From NCBI GenBank assembly GCA_951406725.2, contig OX597828.1, forward strand, positions 5,394,001-5,458,000: DNA of 64,000 nucleotides, in the 5' to 3' direction. Source of the DNA: Octopus vulgaris. Lineage: Eukaryota. Under the pieces are notes generated by a model. It was not told the DNA's origin. It did not search any database and saw only the letters and a list, made by a program, of their open reading frames with translations. Positions 54,595 through 64,000 of the stretch are shown in pieces. How positions within the stretch are numbered: position 1 is the stretch's first letter; each line of letters opens with the position of its first letter. The translations under genes were made by a program, and so were the position numbers.

Positions 54595-56850
54595 AATTAC
54601 AACCGCGTTTCGTGGTCTGCTACCACAACACCTCCTTTATAGGATCCGGTTAGCTCAAGAAATCATCAGGAGGAACCAACTCCGGATTCGGCACCTACTC
54701 CTCTACCGTTTTGACGTGGCGGGGCCCTCACTTTCGGAGGTGTCTTCAGCTCTGGTGTTGGGTGCATGTCGTCTTTCTTCTTCGTTCTTCCGTTCCCTGG
54801 CCTCTTCGATGTAGCGTCAGCGAGTGTCAGCCGGAGACTGACTGACTTGTCAAACCTCTCATCCCTAAATACCTGCCGGTAGGCTCCAATGTGTGGATCC
54901 AGCAAGTTGTTTACGTGACACTGTCTCACCTTAACTAATCAGTTAAGGCGCGTAGTCTTAGCCCGCGCATTCTCTAAACGGCCGTCCCCTGTCAGTCAGC
55001 GAAGCTGATTCAGTGTAATCTTTTCTCACCTAGTGATGTTATTTCCCGCCGGCATGTTATGACTTTCACGCCATTTTTGGTCTTCTCACTTCAGCCATAT
55101 ATAAAAGCTGGCTTTTTCGACCGCCTCCCGTACTCTCCTTATTACTTTTCGCAGCTCGGAGCTAGAAAAGACAAATCTTCTTTTGAATAGCGTCGTCATT
55201 TTCCTTTCAATGAAGCCTCTAGTCCCCACTGCCAGGTGATAATATTAGACATTCCATCCCTTTTCTCTGCATTCTTCGATACGTTTTTCGTACCTCCTCT
55301 CCTTTCGTTCCTCTGCATTTCCTCTCCGATGTTCTCTTCCCAAGGTACTGTCAGTTCTAGCAAAATTCCTATTCTCCGTTCTTTGTTCCATAGGACTAAA
55401 TCTGGTCTTTATTGTTTTTATTAATGGATATATTACTTGTCTTTCAAAATACGTGGCCACCTCCCAGTATCCCTTCCATCTTTCGTCTATCTCGTATATT
55501 TTACTTGTAGGCCTGGTTTTATATCCTTTTCCCTCCTTATGGATGTACACTTTCCTGCGCTTTTCTACTTTTGGGTACTCTCCCCTATTGTACCTCTCGG
55601 TCTTCTTGAGTGCTGCGCTTATGACGTCGAGGACTTGATTATGCCGCCATGTACATCTTTCTAGTGCTAGTCTGTAATTAAACAGAACATGTCTAACCGT
55701 CGCTTTCTCTCTGCATCTACACTCATCGGTTGTTTTTATGTTCCACCAGAGTAAGTTCGCCGGTGAGGGTAGAACGACGAAGGTAGACTAGATCAGGAAG
55801 GATGTTCTTGCTTGTCCCCAAGCCCAAAGTTCCTTCCATGATATTCTGCGGCTGATCACGTATTCCTCCCATCTCAGGCACTGTCCCTGTTGACTGCATT
55901 GCACCAAATGTACATTTTGCCTTTCTTCTTCCTCCTTTCTCACTTCGTATACCACTGCCTCTTTCATCTCTTTTATACTGCTCTTGCAAAATGGCCTGAA
56001 ATTGTGCGACCCTAGGCCGGTTCTTGCTTCTTGCGTCGCTCCGACTATATTGGCGTGTCTTAGTTTTCCGATCGCCCTGTTTACTGCCTCTTCTGCCTTC
56101 CATTTCCCCCCTGTTCGTACCTTTGGAGTGTTTTCCCGGAAGCTCTGATCTCTTGAATACCTTAGCATCATTACCGTACTTGCCTTTCTTGCCTTATATT
56201 CTTCGGCGATTGATGTTATTGGTAGTTGCAGCACGTGTTTTTCATATAGTGCAGTTGTATTCAGTGGTTTCGGCAGATCAAGCCATTTTCTGATAAACAC
56301 ATTGCATCTTTGTTCCATCCTTTCTACTCTACTCAAGGTTATTTCGTACATTTGCAATGGCCACATTATTCTTGGGTACAGCCCAAATTGCAGTATCGAA
56401 CATTTGAATTTTCCCGGCAGGGTTGTTCTGTCAATTGCCTTTAATCCTTGTTCTACTAACTCGTGTGTTTCTTTCCCTTGCTTGTTATCATTTAATAAAT
56501 CTCTATACCATCTGCCGAGGCTCTTTACTGGTTGTTCTTTCACCGTTGGTATGTCTTCACCTCCTATCCTGAATTTCACTTCTTCTTGCCTTCCATTCAC
56601 GAAAGCCACACTTGAATTTCATCCTTGCCCATCCTATCAGTTCTTCCAACCGCTCTAACGTTCCCTCTGCTGCTTCTCTACTTTCCGATAATACAGTTAC
56701 GTCGTCTATAAAAGCCTTTAATGGTGTCTTTGTAACAGCTTTCTCACAGTTTGTAGATCTAAGTAACATTTCCATGACTAGCACGAATAAGATGTCTGAT
56801 ATCATGCATCCGGCTGCAATACTTATTTCAAGCCTTTGCCACTCCGTTGT
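54595..56850 (-). mobile_element. 5'-truncated HERO-clade RLE LINE with long 3'UTR
   Basis: KAFIDDVT, IPTVKEQPVKSLGRW, LPGKFK..GLYPRIMWPL, VRTGGKWKAEEAV, TWRHNQVL, RPDLVLW..LLELTVPWEE. Confidence 0.9.
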
Positions 56851-57069
56851 GAACTATGTGTATCTTCTCTCTTTAATTAAACGTTTTCGAATGATGCCAA
56901 AATGTTTTTTTTCATTTTATATTTTAATTTATATATTTAACCACTCTCAGAGAAAATACTTCCAACCACCTTTTATAGACATTTTTAGCATCACCCTTTT
57001 CAACTTCATGTGTCATAAACATACCCATTACATTGCGACAATGAAAAACGACTTCTTGTATATGTATAC

Positions 57070-57137
57070 AATGTATGTATGTATGTATGTATGTATGTAT
57101 GTATGTATGTATGTATGTATGTATGTATGTATGTACG
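57070..57137. repeat. (TATG)n microsatellite
   Basis: Direct reading. Confidence 0.96.
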
Positions 57138-57169
57138 TATTTTCCCCCCTTATATCAATTGTATCAAGC

Positions 57170-58714
57170 TTATGGCTGTATCTTACGCGGGGACAGAAAT
57201 AATTGGACTGAATACACGATCGCGTGATTAAACCATGGGGAGTGAAGGACCCCTAGCCTTTGTTAAGGCATCCTTCTTGGAGAAAGCAACTCAGGTAACT
57301 GGGATAACTCTGACATAAAACCAGCGGCTCAGTTGTTACCGTTGATGTTGACTTGTTTTTCTTTTCGGATTATGGCTGATGTTGCTTAGTGAGTGGGATT
57401 GATTCAGTGCACAGCCTTTCCTCACTTTAAAGAATATCTTCTTGCACAGGCATTTCACGATAACAACTTTGATTGATTGATTAATTGATTAACTAACTGA
57501 TGATTGTTGATAGTGCTGTGAGTCTCAACTGAATGGCTGGCTGTAGCCTTAAAAATTAAACAATCAATGATGTACCAAAACAGTATAAAAATAAATGGCA
57601 GTAAGGAATCTGGAACCACAATAGACGAAAATGTCTGACCCGGCAGGGGATCCAGAGCATCACAATCTGAACCCGGCCGTCATCATTCTGCTTTAATAGA
57701 ACCAAATAAAATATTGGATATTGGCTATGGGTATGTACGGATGCAGCTTGACTGCGAGTCCTCAGAAGGTCCTGAACAAAGGACTACTAGGAGCTTCCAC
57801 GCTATGATCTTGACATCGTTGCTTTGTCTGAGACAAGATTACTGGAGATGGCCATCTGACAGAATCTTGTGGAAAATATATATTCTTTTGGAAAGAGAGG
57901 GATGAAGAGGCTGGAGTGGCGTTTGCTGTTAAAAGTACTCTTGTGGACAAGTTGGGAGAATTCCCAGTCGGGATTACCGAGCGTCTTATGACCATGAGAA
58001 TTTATGTCCATGAAATTTCCTTTGGTTAAAGGAAATTATGTAACCTTGGTGCGTGTGTATGCTCCAACTATGTACTCTACTGATGAAGAAAATATTTGAA
58101 GGTTATTATAAGAAGTATCCATCGGGTAGACAAAGTCATCGCACTGGGTGACTTTAATGCTACAGTGGGTAGGGAATTTACCACCACATGGACTGTAATT
58201 GGAAAGCATGTGGTGGGAATGTGTGATAGTAATGGTATGCAGATGTACGAGAAACTGCGTCTGTGTGTTACCAATACCATGTTTCAACAACAAAGAATAA
58301 GTTTTAAGACCACATGGATGCATCCTGCATCTAAAGAATGGCATATACTGGATTACATCCTTGTTAGGGTGCGTGACAGACGAGATGTGCACTGTGTTCG
58401 TGTCCTTTGCGGGGCTGAATGTTGGACTGACCACCGCTTAGAACGTGTAGAAGTGAAATTAATCGCAAAACGTAAATTCCTTAAGAGATGCGAGCATCTC
58501 CCCTGACCGTAGCAGGTAGAGAAAGATTGTGTACGAGGGGACAGTCACTTTTTGAGAAATCTCGAGTTGCGCATGAGAAAGTAAGGGGGGATGCCAGGAA
58601 GGGCATCGCTGTTGCACTTTCAGATCGTAAGGTTCTTCCTATGATGCTGACATGTACTGTCTGTGCAAGACCTTGCCTCAGTAAAGCTGGACTCAATAGA
58701 CATCTGGTTTCATG

Positions 58715-58715
<1 letters not shown>
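57170..58715 (+). mobile_element. Internally deleted RTE LINE (5'UTR, APE endonuclease, C-terminal tail; RT missing)
   Basis: DIVALSETR, GVAFAV, VYAPT, LGDFNATVG, TWMHPASKEWHILDYILV, WTDHRL; then FEKSR..CTVCARPCLSKAGLNRH. Confidence 0.9.
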
Positions 58716-58770
<55 letters not shown>

Positions 58771-58963
58771 TTATTACATTAACCTGTCGTATGTCCAATT
58801 TTGGCCAAATGTAAATTTTCATAATTATTTTTGGTTGCAATACTTGGCTTTTTGGTCGAATTATCGTATGTCCAGCTGCTTGAGATGCCAAGATATCAAA
58901 AATTGTGAGAGTGTAGTACAGCGGTTATATATGTGTGTGTGTATGCATTAATATATATGTATA

Positions 58964-59351
58964 GGCATGGCAGTAGCTGTGTGGTAAGAAGCTTGCTTCC
59001 CAACCACAATCTTCTGGGTTCAGTCCCACTGCCTGGCACCTTGGGTAAGTGTCTTCTACTATAGCCTTGGGCCGACCAAAACCTTGTGAGTGGATTTGGC
59101 AGACGGGTTTGGTAGGCGGAAATTGAAAGAAGCCCGTCGTATATATCTATGTATGTATTTTTGTCTGTGTCTGTCTCCCCACCATCGTCTGACAATCAAA
59201 GTAATACATTTACGTCCCCGTAAATTCGCGGTTCGGCAAAAAGTGACCGATAGAATAAGTACTAGGCTTACAAAGAATGAGCCCTGGTATCGAATTGTTC
59301 GTCTAAACGCGGTGCTCTAGCATGGCCGCAGTCAAATGACTGAAACAAGTA
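58964..59351 (+). mobile_element. SINE family A, near full length
   Basis: A-box TAGCTGTGTGG, B-box GGTTCAGTCC, CCTTGGGTAAGTGTCTTCTACTATAGCC, tail AATGACTGAAACAAGT. Confidence 0.92.
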
Positions 59352-59430
59352 TGTATATATATATATATATACATACTTATGCACAATTATACAAATATAT
59401 GCATATGTGTATTTCATATGTAAAGGGAGG

Positions 59431-59452
59431 TTATTGTTATTATTATTATTGC

Positions 59453-59516
<64 letters not shown>

Positions 59517-59620
59517 GTCATCATCATCATCAGTAGTAGCATCATCGTCATCCTATACCTCTTCTTCATTTTCATCATCATTATCGTCAACTCTAGTAGT
59601 AGTAGTAGTAGTAGTAATTA
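59431..59620. repeat. (TTA)n(TCA)n(GTA)n compound microsatellite
   Basis: Direct reading. Confidence 0.93.
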
Positions 59621-61055
59621 TTATAAATATAACTTCTGTTTCAAGATGACACTTCCTCTTAAATGTATTGAAACAAACAATTGCTGAAGAATTTCAGAGA
59701 CATAGTTTTGCATAGATTACTACAACCGATTCTGTTTAAATAGAATAACTCTATTAAAGTTAGCGTTAACTCCAAATAGACGTTTCTACCACTCAATTCA
59801 CGTCTCACTAATTCAACTGGCATCGGAACTAAACCAGAAACTTGATGTCCTATGGTTTCCGTTTTCTGACTATAATGGCTGTAATTAAGCAATCGTGCAG
59901 ACATCAAGGAATTCAAACATTACGTAACCTTTTTCATTGTCACGTAATGCGATCTCCACGAATTCTGACAATTCTTAAGACGTAACTTTAAATATTGTAT
60001 GCTTCGTCAAATGCTCCCTGTCAAAATCACATGATATTCAAGTAAAAATCCTATAGTGCTATATTTTCCTGAGAATTATTATTTAGTAGCATAATCTTCT
60101 GCTGCTTACATCAAAGCGTATCATTCACAATGTTCGCAAGTATATTTCAATATATAATGATTATGCAAGGTTTGTGTTATTGAATTTTATAAAGATTGCA
60201 TGGGTTATTTAACTGGATAGGTTGATTGCCACTGTCTTCATGTCAAGGGGAAAGGCTGCATTTGACAAGAACATCAGCAATATATGACGGAGATGCATTG
60301 TATTTTATATTTCGTTGTACATGAATATGCATTTAGACTGTGAATTCTAATCGTTCAATCTTCTTAAATGCCTATATGCAAGCACATTTTTATACACACA
60401 AACACCCTTACACAGACATACACACGCGCATATATACAGAGAAAGAGAGAGAGATATAAATAGAGAGGGATAGAGAAAGAATCAATAAGAAGATACGTCT
60501 GATGTCTCTACATACACGTTCTGTTGTATGGAAAGAAACAAATAATATATGAAAGTAACATTCATAAGTTTCATCGGAACAACTCAATGTGTTTTGTTTG
60601 TGTGGGAATCGAAAGCATTCTACCTCGATTAATCAGCTCTGGTCCTGTATCTTGACTACAGAGTCTATGGTGATAAGCATATGTAAATGTTCAACATATC
60701 ATATTTAACTTTGCTTCCACATTTATTAAGATATATGCTATGTAAATTCTGTATTTAGTATATGCTTATCGATAACTGAAGCACTCGATACGCAATGAAT
60801 TGCGTACATCAATATTTATCCCAGCACCTTTATACAAACAGAGTAACTCTAACAGTATGACTATTAAATACGTCACATGATTAGTAATACAAAAGCGTAT
60901 TTTGCTTGTACACAGCTCAGTACTAAATATTTCGAACTTGAGATGTAACTTAAATGTAGTTGAGATTGTTTTTTCCAGTCATTTCAATAATTTCTCTAAG
61001 CTAAATTGGAACTGAAGAATTTCTTGATACGAATGTCGCAGCTGTATGTATACAT

Positions 61056-61142
<87 letters not shown>

Positions 61143-61229
61143 TGTGTATGTATACATACAGCTGCGATATTCATATCAAGAAATTGATACGACCGCGAGT
61201 CCGCTGTCCTAACCACTAGGCCATTGCTT

Positions 61230-61314
<85 letters not shown>

Positions 61315-61614
61315 GTGGAGGAAACAATGGTCTAGTGGTTAGGGAAGCGGACTCGCGGTCGCAGGATCGCGGTTTCGATTCCCAGACCGGGCGCTGTGAG
61401 TGTTTATTGAGCGAAAACACCTAAAAGCTCCCCGAGGCTCCGGCAGGGGGTGGTGATCCCTGCTGTACTCTTTCACCACTCTTTCTCCCACTCTTTCTTC
61501 TGTTGGCCTGATCGCTTAGCCAGCGGAGTGGCGTCATTCGAAGGCTAAAACAATGCGAACGCATTGTGACCAGCGATGGTTAACAACATCTGATGGTCTG
61601 GTCGGTCACGTGAT

Positions 61615-61620
<6 letters not shown>
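61315..61620 (+). mobile_element. tRNA(Arg)-like SINE family C (octopus OR-type)
   Basis: Head TGGTCTAGTGGTTAGG..GACTCGCGGTC..TTCGATTCCC, body about 300 bp, flanked by (TA)n. Confidence 0.85.
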
Positions 61621-61696
<76 letters not shown>

Positions 61697-61817
61697 ATAG
61701 ATATACGTACATATGCACGATTATACAAATATATGCCTGTGTATTTCATATGTAATGGGAGATTATTGCTATTATTATTATTATTATTAGTGGTAGTAGT
61801 AGTAGCAGCAGATGCAT

Positions 61818-62059
61818 TGACGGAGATGCATTGTATTTTATATTTCGTTGTACATGAATATGCATTTAGACTGTGAATTCTAATCGTTCAATCTTCTTAA
61901 ATGCCTATATGCAAACACATTTTTATACACACAAACACCCTTACACAGACATACACACGCGCATATATACAGAGAAATAGAGAGATATAAATAGAGAGGG
62001 ATAGAGAAAGAATCAATAAGAAGATACGTCTGATGTCTCTACATACACGTTCTGTTGTA
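61818..62059 (+). repeat. Near-identical direct copy of 60285-60528
   Basis: About 243 bp; two substitutions and a 2-bp GA-repeat difference. Confidence 0.95.
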
Positions 62060-62071
62060 GTAGTAGTAGCG

Positions 62072-62131
<60 letters not shown>

Positions 62132-63099
62132 ATTTTTAAAGACAGCCAAGATAATCTTTATGAAACTTGTTTTACAGATTATGTAAAACATGATTCACTG
62201 ATAAAACATGATTCACGAAATAGGTGAATAAAGCTCTCCCCCAGAAAATATAAATTAATCAAAATATATTTTGATGATAGGAAAATTTATTTATTGTCAA
62301 CTTGTATCAAAATATTCACATGCAAAACGGCCATTTCACTTTTAAAATAACTGTGAGCGAATGGTCTGCAGTTGTGAAAGGATCCTCTACATTCTTCAGG
62401 TGGATTTCGGTGCTCTAAGGCGGAGGAAAATGCTGGTTGCGTGATGTTGAAGGGCAAAACGAAAGCTTCCATCGGAAAGTAAATAGGATTATAAAGTTTA
62501 AACACATCGCCATGTCTTAAGGGTAGAACTTTGGGTATTTTCCTTAAATTATTCACTTTAATATTTTATCTCTCACTCCATTTACGTTCAGTAACAATAC
62601 ATATTTGATTTCGAAGAACATAACTTTCAACTGAATTCTAGGTTCAATGATATAAAATTTTCTTTATAATTCCTGCGGCAACACATAAGAAAAATAGTAA
62701 TTAATTTCCAAATTATCTACAGAATACCAACGGAACAAATTCTATAAAATCTTGCAAAATTATTATATATAGTTCTTTATTTTCGAAAATATTGAATTCT
62801 CGGTCATGGTTGAGCGAGCATACACCATTTTAGATGTAGGCATCAATAAGCGGTTAACTCTGTATATCAGAAAGTTTACCACCAAATAGAGAGTATATCG
62901 GGTTTAGTCTCTGTTATATCATTAATTTCATACAAATTGCTCTCCAATCGTTGCTGAAATATTTATTCTTTATTTACATATATGATCAGTTATGCTATAT
63001 ATAACATTACTTGTTTATTCATTAGTTTAAAGCTTTGATAAGGAGTAATGAAAAATCAGCGTCAAAAGGAAATAATGATATGAAAAACTAGGAATTGTC

Positions 63100-63942
63100 A
63101 ACGAACGTATGGAATAAAACTGGCTTAGACGTTTGAAACAAAGTGACGCCATCTTTTAATTCAAATCAAAATCAGTTGAAATGGTCAAACAACAGCCAAT
63201 CACAAGCATTCCTAAGTCGATGGCAAAACTTGGTCCTTCACAAGACAATATCAATGGACACTTTTATAAGCTCAGCCTCGTGAATAGACGCTCTGGACAA
63301 GCTCCTCCTAAACAGACCAATGATCAGATTTAACTACGTGTGGTAAATATTAGAAACGTTTATTTTTATCGTCAGATTGGAACCGGAGATTAACAATATG
63401 TCCATTTTCGAAATCCTATTAAGGGATGTCGGTGGCTTTTTCCGACAAGGTTTCAGAAGAAGTTGTCAAAAAAGGGCATTTTGAATAGAAGTTTATTTTG
63501 TGTGTTTGATGGAATTTCCAGATGTCGCACTTTAAGCTAGTCCTCAAAGTTCATGCTGGAGACGCTATCTTTTATGCTCAGCATCTGAAGCGAAAATATT
63601 ATGTTTTGAATGCCCTGCTATCCGGAATTGGCAAATAAAAGTAGCACACTCCTGCAAGTTGATATATTGCCCCAGCACTCAATGCCAATATGACAAAGTA
63701 CAAACTTGAAGAACTTGAGGGGCTGAAAGTGCTACCTCATTTTGCCTACTGTTCAGAATTTGCTTTAGGGGTATCGCGAAATGCTTGGTTGAAGGTCCAA
63801 TATTCTGAGTTCTTTTAGAGGACTTAGAAAAAACTGAAGTACCACGAATCTGAGACGGGTATATGCTGAATAAAACCATAATTAACTGATCCCCTCGTAT
63901 TCTTTTACACAAAGCCATGAACTTTTCAGCAACCCTTGTAAA
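63100..63942 (+). mobile_element. Mariner transposon remnant with 3' TIR
   Basis: ELEGLKVLPHFAYCSEFA (degenerate HPxYSPDLA); AAGCCATGAACTTTTCAGCAACCCTTGTA terminal repeat ending in TA. Confidence 0.75.
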
Positions 63943-64000
63943 TTTAACCTGTTCGGTTTGTACGAGGCCAAATCCTTTGTATTATAGCAGGGAAATTTCA

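Noticed and set aside
61318-61395. tRNA-Arg(TCG)-like sequence
   Set aside because: Poor acceptor stem and continuous with a SINE body; it is a SINE head
62287-62556. 89-aa minus-strand ORF in non-repetitive DNA
   Set aside because: No motif recognised and length is within chance; needs BLASTx

Overview
AT-rich, repeat-dense eukaryotic DNA, most likely non-coding (intergenic or intronic) sequence from an octopus. This is inferred from three tRNA-derived SINE families that resemble described octopus SINEs and from the extreme microsatellite load. I could not support any intact host gene, rRNA, tRNA or CRISPR array; nearly all listed ORFs are microsatellite read-throughs or broken transposon frames. 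Recognisable elements: three R4/Dong-type RLE LINE remnants, one HERO-type RLE LINE, one CR1-group LINE, an internally deleted RTE, two Penelope-like (GIY-YIG) remnants, three mariner remnants, a non-autonomous Helitron and many SINEs. Two patterns remain after annotation. (1) Short Penelope-like terminal elements sit as head-to-head hairpins in (TA)n tracts; one carries a recognisable minimal hammerhead ribozyme, and another family instead carries a candidate pseudoknot with HDV-like helix order but a non-canonical core. (2) Young local templated duplications and fold-backs recur, mostly anchored at microsatellites. Both are hypotheses for follow-up, not a demonstrated new system. Boundaries of degraded elements are approximate.
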